DNA of 63,872 nt, the filler included, from Conidiobolus incongruus B7586 (taxonomy: Eukaryota): the NCBI GenBank assembly GCA_000697335.1. It is 7 parts of 7 records of this genome, joined end to end, with 100 filler letters (N's around TTAATTAATTAA, not from the genome) between each part and the next. Parts side by side here need not be neighbours in the genome. Positions count along the whole stretch, not along the records: positions 14,906 to 29,951 come from JNEM01006269.1; positions 30,052 to 37,851 come from JNEM01006270.1; 5 more parts are not named here. One strand, written 5' to 3'. The notes beneath the pieces are model-generated. The model saw only the letters and a list, made by a program, of their open reading frames with translations, did not search any database and was not told the DNA's origin. The position numbers and the translations under genes are program-made. Below, piece after piece: positions 25,259 to 37,951 of the stretch. Position 1 is the stretch's first letter, and every line of letters begins with the position of its first letter.

Positions 25259-25736
25259 TTGGAGAACAATATCTAATAATTAAATTTTTTAAAATATTAT
25301 TCTGTTTTAATTTTATTATAATTATTATATCTAAGTTTCATTGTAAATTCAAAGTTTTAAAAAATATTTCAAAATTATTTATAACATATTAAATTAAATA
25401 TTTTTATTTTATAAATTTTGATTAAATTTAAAAAAATTTTATATTATATATATATATATATTTCAAATTTTGAATTTTATTGCTATAAATATTCAATACT
25501 TTATCTTTCACAGTCAAAATGTATATATTAGTTTGAATGATTTTTATTAGATTTATAAATATTATTACATCAAAAATACATATAATTTATAAATTATAAT
25601 TTGCATCATCAATGGTCAAAGAACAAGATCACGAATAAGACAGGGTACCCCAAATTCTAAAGCTGGTTTATTTTATAATAAGCTCCTCCTTTATGTTATA
25701 TCACTACTTCGAGAATTAATCGGATGGTGGTTTTCC

Positions 25737-25844
25737 CTAACCATCAGTTCTGTCACGAGAGTCGGCATCGGGACTTGGAGGATTGTTTACGGGAACTGCA
25801 AGTGCAGTAGCCATTATCAAACAGATCCTAAATTTGTATAGCAT
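25737..25844 (-). CDS. Small secreted peptide paralog 1 (35 aa; possibly prematurely stopped)
   Basis: MLYKFRICLIMATALA|VPVNNPPSPDADSRDRTDG*, followed in frame by GKPPSD* (to 25716); homologous to 27002 and 29257. Confidence 0.65.
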   Translation of the reverse strand: MLYKFRICLIMATALAVPVNNPPSPDADSRDRTDG

Positions 25845-27001
25845 GTCGAATATACACCATGATTAATAAGCTAAGTATAGAGTTGAATCTAAAACTTTCC
25901 CACAGCTTCTTAAGCTTACTTTAATAATATACAATACGTTCCTATATATCATTTACAACAAACTGTAACAATAATATGAGTTAATGAAATCACCGATTTT
26001 AGATGAAATCATTATTTGAATTATTAGGTTATTTTAATTTTTTTGTAATATAAATTATTGAAACTAAATAAAACGAAGAATTTACTAGCGAATATACCTA
26101 TGTTATTCTTTATAACTTTATTTTAATGATATAATAAATATCTCATAAAGTTATCACTGCTGCATAGTTACATTAATAATCATCTTATTTTCAATGATCT
26201 ATAATTTTTAAATGTTAAAATATATAATTCAATATTGATTTCTTGAAACCAATTAATAATATTCCGAGTCATATTTAAAATAATAAAATTATAGAATGAG
26301 GTAATTTTGATCATGATATGAGTATTATTGTTTAATAAAAAGTTGAAATAGGTTAATAATCATATAAAATCCTTGAAATTAATACAACTCAAATAGAGCT
26401 AATCTTACCAATGTTTGAATTCGGATATTCTTTCATGGTACCATTCAATAGCAAAAACGTTTATTTTATTCAATAATATATAAAATATAAAATATACTAC
26501 CATTAAAGCATACAAGTTGAAATTTTTTTAAAATATTTGCCGTCATTTACAATTTAAATTCTTAAAGATTGTAAATTTTATATTTGTGACAGCTAATTGG
26601 AAACCATTTTGAAAAATATATAAATATTCATAATAAAAATCAAACATTTTTAAATGATTTGATCAATATTATATTTGAAAAGAGTGGAAACATTTCCAAT
26701 TGATTTACATTATGTGATATGATGTATTCAAAGCTATGAATGTTTTTAGGTATATTACTTTTATACTTTAAAGTAAGTTATTAATTTTAATATCACAATA
26801 TTTTAATTTTTAACATGAATTAAAAGATCGAATGATTTAATCAATTTTTTATCAGTTCACTAATTAGCTTATTTGTTACATTATGTTGCAAGAGATTTGA
26901 ATTTGATGTATTCAGTATATAACAATTCATTAAGTACAAGAAATATTCAATCTCAGTTCAAAGCTACGCTATTGTAATTTTTCATTTTTATCAACTTTAG
27001 A

Positions 27002-27148
27002 ATGTTATATAAGTGAATAGTATATACGATGATGGCTTCAGCTTGGGCAGTCCCTGTAGGTGAAGATACTCGTTCTGAAGGAGATCCTCCAGCTCCAGTT
27101 ACGGAGCCTCCAGAAAAACACGATACTGGTCCAAAACTTCCTGAATAA
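27002..27148 (+). pseudogene. Small secreted peptide paralog 2 (48 codons, in-frame TGA at codon 5)
   Basis: MLYK*IVYTMMASAWA|VPVGEDTRSEGDPPAPVTEPPEKHDTGPKLPE*. Confidence 0.65.
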
Positions 27149-29256
27149 TTTATCAATACTTTTAACCTTGATAATTTCATTGTCAAAATTCCTCAAATTA
27201 TATATTTATATATTATGAACATTATTTATAACTCGGCTAATAAATATTTTTAAATTATTATTACATTATTTTATACATCTAAAAATTCTAAAATTATACC
27301 AATTTTTCAATTTTTAAAATACTATTTTGATAGAATACTTTTTTGAGTATTTACATTTTGGATGTTTTCAAAATTTCATTCATCATATCCATCAATTCAG
27401 AGGCATCAATTAATGAATTTAAACAATTATATTATATTATATATGAACTTAGAACAGAATATTTAACTTAATTACAATTTAATTATTCTATTAACTTTGT
27501 TACTAATCAGTTCGTATTGGGAAAGAATAGTAAAATCAATGATTTATATTAATCATTTTAGTAATTATTATAATCATATAGTTATCAATAAAGGATAATA
27601 TTTAAAAAAATCATTATATTGATCATAATACTATATTTTGCTGATTTTTATTAAAATTTAATCAAAATTTCATAATTTTATTATCGTTGTATTTTTTAAT
27701 GATAGGATTGTAGTTGATAATAATTAAATTAATCTAACCATTAATAATTTTTTTATACCAATTATATGTCTTAATATTATTCTTAAATCATAATATATTA
27801 TTTATATGGAGCTATTGAACTGTTGATTAATTTATATATAGTATTAATATTTATAAATAATCTAAACTCTAAATAACAATCTTTATTCAAATTATCATTA
27901 TATATAATAATTAATTTTATAATAAATTATTTTTTTCAAATTATATTATAATTCTATTAAATCTTATTATTTTAATTAATTTATATTTTAAATAGTTATA
28001 TATATAATTAATTATTATCTTTAGTTATTATTTAATTAATAATATTTCATTTCTATATAATATCAACAGTTGGTTTAGGATATAATCAAAATATTATATA
28101 TAGACTGAATTTAAATATATTAATCATTTTTAATATATTTTCCCTTATTATTAATAATTTTATTTATTTGTTAATTCACCTATAAATTATGAATATTATC
28201 TATAATTTATATTCAAAATATAAAAATAGTTCTCCTTTGCTAATTATTGACATTTAATACAAACTCAATAGAGTGTTCTTTGTACTAATAATTTATATGA
28301 TATATTTAGCTAACCCTGTTTTTGTATGTATAAAATTTTGTTTCAAATAAATTTCTTTTTATAAAACAAAAAGATATTTTCTACAGTAATCAATATAATA
28401 TACTTAGGAATAATAAAGAATTCGATATTGGGAAATATTTACTAAATTCACTGATCAGTAATATATTAAATAACTATAAAAGAATTAAATTTTTAATATA
28501 TTAATATATTAATATATTATTATTGTTAATACAATATTCATATGTTTATTCATTTCTCTTATTTAATTTTCATTCAGGCTTGAATATGGCTTTAAAAAGA
28601 TTTTAAACATCATTTCAACGGATATAAGCTAAAATATATTTTACCAATGTAACTATATTTGGTAAATGATTTCTTTTATATATAATATTATATTCGTTTT
28701 AAAAATATTCCTTATTAATGATTGAATATATTTTCCTAAAAAATATTTTCAAAATCCTTTTTATATTCATCTTAATAAACACTAATTTAAGTCATAATTA
28801 AAATATTAAAAATGTTGAAATTAAATTTAAAATCTTGATTAGTTTTTTTTGATGATTTTGAACTATAAAAAATGAAAAATGGTATTATATTTAGTATTAT
28901 ACCATCAAGCCCAAAATAGTATTATTATATCATTCAAACTTTTTCAAAGCTTTTAAGTTTTAACTTTAAAAATTTTATCGTTTATTTGTATTAGCAATAT
29001 TGACAAAATATATTCATATTATTGTTAAGTATAGTTTTATATAGTTTTGTATATGTTTTAAAATATTAAAAAAGAAATAACTCCAATATACTAAATGATA
29101 TCATTCAAAGCACTTAAATCATAAGTTACGTTGGATGTAACAATTTATTGCAAACATCAGGAACAAAATTTAGTATTTAATAGGATTGGAAAGCATTTAA
29201 AATTATAACAAATTGAATATTTTCATTGATATTAACTGCCAAGTATTTTATTCAGT

Positions 29257-29391
29257 ATGCAATACATATTAACAATATCATTAATTGTATCTACCATATG
29301 GTCAATACCAGTAAACGGTCCTTTGAATTCTCCCGATCCAACTCCTGATCCTCCAGAAAAACCTGATAGTGGTTCAAAACCTCCTCAATGA
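29257..29391 (+). CDS. Small secreted peptide paralog 3 (44 aa, intact)
   Basis: MQYILTISLIVSTIWS|IPVNGPLNSPDPTPDPPEKPDSGSKPPQ*; a GC-richer island in AT-rich DNA. Confidence 0.72.
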   Translation: MQYILTISLIVSTIWSIPVNGPLNSPDPTPDPPEKPDSGSKPPQ

Positions 29392-29951
29392 ACCCACCCG
29401 ATTTTCAATTTAATTATTGAAATTTCTTTTGAGTGATTTTGAAATCTCTATACTCATATATATATATATATTCAAATTAATAAATAATAATTTGGAACTA
29501 AATTAATTCTATTATTGTGTTATGAGTTAATAAGTTTATTAAGAAAAATATTTATCTAATAATGTTAAATATTATTAATTTTATTTAATTTTTAAAACAC
29601 ATAATATATAATTATAATTTTTATTTTAATTTTCGAATTCAGATTTAAATACTTGATTATCTGTCAAATTGAATACAATGTTATATATATACATATAATA
29701 AATTAAGTACTATAACCTATCAATAACTTAATGTTTTCATTCGAAAAATTATTAATTTTTTTGAACTATTAATTTAAAGTATTATTATATCAATTAATTA
29801 TTAGGTTTGATTTTAACAAAGTAAATAAATTTGATTAATAATATTAAAAATTAATAACAAAACTTTTATATAATAAAAAAATTTAATATTTTAGCCATTT
29901 TTTATAAATTTGAAATCAAAATCTATAATTGTTTTTATATTTTATTTATCA

Positions 29952-30051
29952 NNNNNNNNNNNNNNNNNNNNNNNNNNNNNNNNNNNNNNNNNNNNTTAAT
30001 TAATTAANNNNNNNNNNNNNNNNNNNNNNNNNNNNNNNNNNNNNNNNNNNN
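29952..30051. other. Artificial assembly linker
   Basis: N44-TTAATTAATTAA-N44. Confidence 0.97.
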
Positions 30052-31237
30052 TATAAAATTTTAAAAAAATAACTAATTAAATAAATATTAGATATTGATA
30101 ATTTATAATATCTGATAATAATCTATATATAATTTTATTTAAAAGTTAAATAATCAATTTTAAATCTAATTTAGTCATAAAAAATATAACTTTTTATATA
30201 TACTAGCCTATAAAAATAAGTCATAAAATTAAAAATATATATATTTCTATTAATATCTTAATCAATTTTGATTTAAATAAACTTATATTAAATTATAAAA
30301 TCAATATATATCTTTTATTTATATTATAATATATAAAATTAAATTTAATTAATTATTAATTGATATATTAAAACTAAAATATATTTAAGATGAGTTATAA
30401 ATTTATAAGTGTTAGTATTGATAGAAAAATTAATATTTAGTATATCTACCTTTTGTTTTTCTAACTTTTTTAAGTTTATCAGGTATAAAATCAACTAGCT
30501 TTTTATATTAAGCAATATTAATATTATTCTAAGCTTCTTAAATATACTCTTAAAGTTAATTTAAATTTTTTACTAGGGGGAAAGCTTTAATTAATTTTTT
30601 TAGTTAATCCCAAAGATATTTAATTAGGTTAAGATTAAAAGATTAAGGAGTTTATTTTATAATAATTATTTTGTTATTTTTAAGCCATTTAATAATAGAA
30701 TTTATAATATAACAAGATGTAATATCTTGTTGAAAAATAATATTTAATTTTTTTAATCTATACCACTTAATAATTTTTTTCAATTTATTGTTTAAAATAC
30801 TTTAGTATATCTTAACATTAATTCCTTTATTAACCTTATAATCATAATTTACACCTGAATATAATATATATCCCTAAACTATAATTAACCTATCATTGTA
30901 TTTTTAGTTTATAATTACATAATGGTTATAAAATAATTTTTTATCTTTTTTGAAATATCTAGCTTTTTTATTAGATTTATTAAGATATATCTTTGTTTTA
31001 TTAAACTAAATAACCTTACTCTAGTTAATTCTAGTTTAATTTTAATATTGATATTTAAACTCCTGTTTAATTTTATAGTGAGACTTCTTTAGTTAAAGGT
31101 GTTTTTTCTTAAGATATAAGTGATATCTATTCTAATATAAAACATATATAATAGTATTAATATTAACTAATATTCTTATATAGTTTTATAATTCTTGTTA
31201 TATTTTTATAATAATATTATATTTACTTATATTAACT

Positions 31238-31637
31238 TGTTAAGAGACTAGTTCTCTAAATTCTTATATATACTTTCATATAATCCAATTAACTATTAAT
31301 TATATGATTAATTTATACTTATATAGTTAAATTAATTGTATAAATAGTATTAAATTATCTAATAAACTAGGTTCCTTTTTTTTCCTCTCAATTTTTACTA
31401 TTTTTTACTTTTACACTATTTTTAAAATTGAGACTATATTTTATCAATATTATAGGATATTAGCACTACCTAATATAAATCTTAATATATCAGTGACTCA
31501 TCTTAGTTTAAAGCTTAATTAAACTTTGTTTACACTTACACACTATAACTACATTATATTACTATATTCTACACCACACTACTTTTATATTAAGTCTTCC
31601 TCTATACTATATTAGTTTAACTACTATTATACTTATA
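31238..31637 (+). repeat. 5' LTR (400 bp)
   Basis: TGTTAAGAGACTAG...ACTTATA (terminal CA>TA); direct repeat of 36555-36955 and 41277-41675. Confidence 0.95.
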
Positions 31638-34600
31638 TGGTAACAGCAATAAAACTGTTAAAAACCTATTAGATATTAATAACTATCTGTATCAAACTTA
31701 ATTATTGCTATTTTAAATTTTATCTATAATTTATTTTATTCAAATTTAACACTATATACTATAATACCACCAAAAAAAGAGATACCCTTATATTATTTTA
31801 ATAATGATAACAGCTTAATTATTAAGTGAATCTAAAACTTTAGTCTTTAAGAACTTACTACCCTCTAAGAAGCTTATATTAAACAACTTTTGATTAAAAA
31901 AAACATATCTTAAAGAGCTTAAATCTAACAAACCAGCTACTTTACTACAATTAATACATTAAACCACTTATTTAGTGTCTTTAAAAACAAATTAACTACT
32001 TATGATAGCTTAAAAAACCTTCACAAACTTGAAAACTACCTTAAAAACATGAAGAATTACCTTGATTTGATTCTTGATGAAGATCCAAAAAATATCTTTA
32101 AATTAGCCATTTTTTTTTGGAAAAATCTACTTATACTTGGTAGTTAACTTATTATAAGCTTAATCCTAAAGAATCTTCAGGAGGATAACTTACTACAAAA
32201 ATATAAACTTTTAAACAATTGGAAAAAGCTTTTAAAAAGAGGTATTACCTAAAAAATCAAGTTTAATTAACAAGAGAAAAGCTTTCTTAACTTAAATAAA
32301 AAACTTCTACAAAATAATTGATTGAGAAATTTAATGAGATATGTTTAAACATATTAAATATCACTGAAGAAGAATAAATCCACAAACTATTACAATGCTT
32401 TAACTTTTAAGTGAAGCTCTAATTAGTTAGTAGGGAACACTTTAACAATATGTTTTTTTTTAACATTTATGATGTAGCAATTATAATTGATGATATTCTT
32501 TACTCTATAACTAAATCTTCCCATCCTAAAAATTAATTTTTTAAACTTTACTCTAACCCACCTAAATTTCAAATGATAGATGTTTCTACTTTAAAGCTTT
32601 ATGAGAAAACCTTTAATAAAGAAGCTAAAGCTTATTTAAAAACAAACAAAGGTTGTTATTACTGCTAAAGGACTTAAGTTAACTATAAAACTAACAAATA
32701 CCCCTTAAAGAAGCAACATCTGTTTAATTCTCAATAATCCTAACCTACTAACCATAAATCAAACTTGAATAATATTAATATAACCTTAAAATCACCCCTT
32801 TCACAATTAGTTAGCAGATTCTACTCTAATCCACAAAAGTTCCAATAAACTAATGATTCCATAAATTAAACTATATATACTAGAGAAATCCAACTGATTA
32901 AACCATTAGAAACTAAAAATATTCTAGTAACTAATCTACCTTGTGATTCTTTATCTTTAACTATTATTTTATTGTTTGTGTTAACTAGTTTTTTTATAGA
33001 TACACCTGTTAGTGTTCTAATTAACTCTAGTTGTTTTAGTTATATTATCTCCTCTTTTATTGTTGTAAAGCTATCTTTACCTACTTAAAAAAGTAACTTG
33101 ATAATTAAATATACTAACAACTTAATAGAACAAGCATTTGACACTATATTTAGATACTTATCACTACCTCTTAACTACTCCCAATATATTAAATTCTTAG
33201 TTGGTAATATTGGTTATAATTTCATACTAGGTTAAAATTAGTTTAAATATCACAGTTTTATATCTATAGATATTACCCTAGTAAGCCACAAATCTATTTC
33301 TTTCACATTCTAAAAAAATTAGTAGAATTAATCTTAAAAAATCTATATTACCCTACTATAAAACTATTAAATACTTTACCTAACACTAACTCTACAATTG
33401 TAGCAAATAATTTTATTATTATAAGTAAAAATCAATGTAAAAAGTTAATCAAAAACCTAAATAATTTATAAAGATATATATCTATTTATTATTCATTTAT
33501 TAACACTTCATCTATTGATTTTAATGAAGTTATATCTAATAACCACTTCTTATACAATATAGTGAGTTAATTTGCTAATGTTTTTGAACCTGTGAATAAA
33601 TTACCACCTAAACATAATATTAAATACAAAATTAAACTAATCTTTGGTACACAACTATACTTAAAGCTTACTTACTATTTATCTCTTGAACAATATTAAA
33701 CCTTGAAAGAAGAAATCTAAAAACTACTTGAAAATAAACACATTAGACTTTTTTCTTTACTATATAAATCTCTAATCCTTTTTATACAAAAGGTTGATGG
33801 TGGTTAGAGATTATATATTAATAACTATGTTTTAAACTCTAAAACTATTAAGGATAAAACTCTATTATTAAACTTATATGATGTTAGGGATAAACTACTT
33901 AAATCAACTATATTTACCAAACTAGATGTTAAGAATAGGTATTACAACATTAGAGTTGAAGAAGATTCTATCCTTTTAACTACTTTCAACACTTTTTTAA
34001 GCCACTATGAATTTACTGTCATAAACTTTAAATTGTGTAATACCCTTGTAATTTTTACTTAATTCATTAATTCCCTTTTTAACCCTGTTTTTAATAACTT
34101 TATTATCACTTACTTTAATAATATCTTAATCCATTTAAAAACTAAAGAAGAATATATTTAACATGTTAATCAGGTCCTACAAATTATTTAAGAATATAAA
34201 TTACCTTTGAAACTATCAAAATACATCTTTAGTGCCTCTTCTGTCTTTTTCTGTGGTTATATTATTTCCTCTTAAAGAATTAATATTGATCCAACTAAAC
34301 TTAATGGTGTTAAAGCTTTTACTATACTTATAAACAAAAATTAACTTATGTTTATACTTAGATTATTAAATTACTTTAAAGATTTTATTGATTCTTTTGT
34401 TGAACTTGTTACTCCTTTTATTAATCTCTTGAAGAAAAACTCTCTTTTTAAATAAACCCCATTATATACTTTCTGCATAAATGTTTTAATTTTCTATATT
34501 ACCAATGCTTTTACTTTATCTATCTTTAATCTAAAACTACCTACCATTATTTTTACTAACTTTAGTTTTTTTGCAATTAGTAGATAGTTAACCTAGTTTG

Positions 34601-36554
34601 AATTTAATTTATATTTTACCCTACAGCTATAGGATAAAATAATAAATAAAAGAGAATAGGTTGAGTTTAACCCTACAAATGTTACTTTAAAACTAATAAC
34701 ATTCTGGTTAAGAAAAATAAAACCAGCTGAATTAAAATACCTAGTCTATAAACAAAAACTTTTTGTTTTAGTAGAAATAATCAAAAATCACTTACATTTC
34801 TTGTCCTGCAACTTTTTCTTAACACTTATAAATCACAAATCACTTATCTACTTAAATACTCAGAAGTATTTATTAAAAAAACAAGTTAGATAGATTAAAA
34901 CTATCTAAGCTTACTTTTTCTTTATTTAATATCTTTTAGGTTAATAAAACTATGTTGTAGATACTTTGTTAAAAAATCTTACATACTTACCCCTTTGTTC
35001 TAATTATAAAAATCCAGCAAATATTAACTTAATGATTATTAATGAAGGAAATAAAAAATTTATTAAACTACTTCAAGAAACACTATTAAATAATGATTTC
35101 TTTATTTCAGTTAAAGAAGAACTCTCTAAACTATTAGAAAACCAACTAAAATATGTTAAAAGATTTAAAATTATCAATAACTTACTATACTATGATAATT
35201 GTCTATATATTCCTAACATTTCCAAGATTTAACAAACAATATTTAATGAATGCTATAATTTACCTGTTGGAGGACATCAAAACTAGTTAAAAACTGCTGA
35301 GAGAATTAAAACAAAGTATTACTAGCTTTCCCTAGTTAAATCAGTTTAGAAATACACCAATACCTGTGATATATGCTAAAGAATTAAATATAATACTCAA
35401 CTAAAATATAGTAAACTTATTCCCCTACAAGTCCCTAATGAAACTTAACAACAAATCCAGCTTGATTTCATAGAAATCCTTAAATCAACAAATGGTTATA
35501 ATAACTTACTAATTGTAATTGATTCATTTTCCAAATATGCTTATTTTATTCTTTATTTCAAAACTTCTATAGCTAAAGATGTTACACAATTGTTATTCTC
35601 TAATATCTTTATCTACCATAAAATTCCACAAACTATTATATTTGATAGAGATACATAATTCAACTTTTGATTCTAGAAGTCACTATCTTTTTCCTTTAAG
35701 ATTAACCTAGTTATGTCTACTACTAATTATCACTAAACTAATAAACTTGTTGAAAGAATTATTAAAACCTTGAAATAAATAATTAGAGCCTATATTAACA
35801 CTAATCAATTAAATTAAGATACCTATATCTACCAACTCTAATATTTATTCAACATTTTTATCAATAAATCAACAGGTTTTAGCTTTTATTTCATCAATTA
35901 TAATAAACAACCTAACTTAATAATTACTCTAAAACTTTAAATCAACTTACCTTTAAATATTGTTGAATTTTAATCCAATATCAAATATATTAATTCTCTT
36001 GTTAAATTTAACTTAGAAGAAAATTAAAGGATCATAGAACAACAATACTTAAAGTTATCTAGAAACCCTCTTAAATATAAAACTGGTATGTTTGTATATT
36101 TAGAATAATCTACCCTTAAACCTACCCTACTTAAATCTAGCTTAAATCCCAAATATTTACTATTATATTATAGTCCCTATAAAATTTAATCTATTGATTT
36201 AAATTTTGAAAATATTACCTTGGAATTACCTTTAACTTTGAGGATCAACCCTACCTTTTACATATCTAAAATTAAACTATACTTTGAAGATTTTAACACT
36301 TTTCCTAATCAATTAAAAACCTTAAAACTAGATCTAATTATTAATTAAGATGGAGAAGAAAAATACTATATTGATTACATAATTAAGTTTTAATCTGTTA
36401 GGAATAAGCTTTATTTTTATGTAAAATAGATGGGTTATTTTATTAAAGAAGTTACATAAGAACCTCTAGAAAATATTAAGAATATTTTAGCTTATTATAC
36501 CTATTTGTAAAAAAATTAGGGAGTGTGTTTCCTCTAAGAGATTTACTAGGGGAG

Positions 36555-36955
36555 TGTTAAGAGACTAGTTCTTTAAATTCTTATATATACTTTCATATAA
36601 TCCAATTAACTATTAATTATATGATTAATTTATACTTATATAGTTAAATTAATTGTATAAATAGTATTAAATCATCTAATAAACTAAGTTCCTTTCTTTT
36701 TCCTCTTAATTCTTACTATTTTTTACTTTTACACTATTTCTAAGATTAAAACTATATTCTGTTAATATTATAGGATATTGACACTACCTAATATAAATCT
36801 TAATATATCAGTGACTCATCCTAGTTTGAAGCTTAATTAAACTTTGTTTACACTTACAAACTACAACCACATTATATTACCATATTTTACACCACACTAC
36901 TTTTATATTAAGTCTTCCTCTGTACTATATTAGTTTAACTACCATTACACTTACA
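36555..36955 (+). repeat. 3' LTR (401 bp)
   Basis: TGTTAAGAGACTAG...ACTTACA, following the PPT. Confidence 0.95.
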
Positions 36956-37851
36956 TAACTAATCTATAAATATATTTTTCATCATGTTTATTTATAATTT
37001 TAACATATTTAAATTTTAGTTTAAGTGTTTTTTTAGAATTATTCTTAATAACCCTAACTATAATAGATTAGCTAACACTAGTAATTCTAGCAATCTCATG
37101 AGTTAATTTATTTTTATTATAAAGTTAATTAATATGTAAATGAACTTTTTTAAAGATAGATTTAAACATTATAATATTAATTTTAAAATATTAGCTTAAT
37201 AGCTTTATAATATATATAATATTACCAAAAAAAATATATATAAGTTTTGTTATTTATATCACTTTAACTTATAAACCCACAAATTTATAACTCACCTTGG
37301 TTAAATTTTAGGTTTTGATATATTAACCAATAGCTAATAAAATATAATCAAATATAATTAGTTATAATCAATTAATATAGATAAATTATATATTTTTATT
37401 TAAATTAATTTAATTAAGAATTGTTTAAAATATAGGTAAATATTTAAGTGATTTTAATTTTATGACTTTTTTTTGCAGGCTAGTGTATATTATAATAATA
37501 ACTTTATAGATATAGACTAAAATAAAATAGTTAATAAAATATATTTATATTAAAATAAAAATATTGAATAATATAAATATAAAGATTTTTATTGATAAAT
37601 ATTATATTGTTATTTTTTTAATAAGATTGTTAATTAAAGACAAATATTAAAGGAAAATAAAGTAAATTTATTTGATTTTATAAATTAATATAGTAATTTA
37701 ATCCTTAAATACTATGGTATTAAGTAAAAATATGAAATAAAATTTATTTATCTATAGTTTTCATTCTATTAAACTTGAAAAAATATTAATAATAAATAAT
37801 AATCCATTTATAACTTTATATATAAATCAAAAGTTTATATAAAACTAATAA

Positions 37852-37951
37852 NNNNNNNNNNNNNNNNNNNNNNNNNNNNNNNNNNNNNNNNNNNNTTAAT
37901 TAATTAANNNNNNNNNNNNNNNNNNNNNNNNNNNNNNNNNNNNNNNNNNNN
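37852..37951. other. Artificial assembly linker
   Basis: N44-TTAATTAATTAA-N44. Confidence 0.97.

Larger units (their letters stand above)
31238..36955 (+). mobile_element. Full-length degenerate Ty3/Gypsy chromovirus (5.7 kb) with TSD TAACT
   Basis: LTRs 31238-31637 and 36555-36955; TAACT at 31233-31237 and 36956-36960; PBS TGGTAACAGC at 31638; PPT AGGGGAG at 36548-36554. Relic motifs GCYYC (gag, ~32650), LINSSC (protease LIDSG), KVDGG*RLYINNY, YFNNILIH (YxDD, 34111), VGGHQ, IQLDFIE, IIFDRD, chromodomain FYVK*MGY...T*EPLENI. Confidence 0.95.
30201..37485 (-). mobile_element. Degenerate Tc1-family (DD34E) DNA transposon, ~1.56 kb without the nested Gypsy, long (~200+ bp) TIRs, TA target duplication
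   Basis: Left end TA|TACTAGCCTATAAAAATAAGTCATAAAATT matches the reverse complement of the right end ...AATTTTATGACTTTTTTTTGCAGGCTAGTG|TA; inner TIR match 30360-30410 vs 37280-37330. Minus strand gives THEIARITSVS (HTH), IFQQDITSCY (FQQDNASCH), *TP*SFNLNLIKYLWD (WPPQSPDLNPIEHLWD). Confidence 0.88.

Noticed and set aside
25201..25392. 63-aa ORF MVSIPACHAGDLGSIP...
   Set aside because: Translation of the tRNA-Asp gene plus AT-rich flank.
27014..27016. Selenocysteine at the in-frame TGA
   Set aside because: It lies in a signal-peptide position aligned to Leu/Phe; no redox motif or evident SECIS-like hairpin.
26953..27186. 77-aa minus-strand ORF
   Set aside because: Antisense shadow of peptide paralog 2; the plus-strand frame is the one conserved with 25844 and 29257.
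31638..36540. Alternative genetic code (TAA/TAG read as Gln/Trp) as an explanation for stop-riddled frames
   Set aside because: Host genes use TAA/TAG/TGA as normal stops, and the TE frames also carry missense changes in catalytic motifs (YFDD>YFNN), consistent with mutation.
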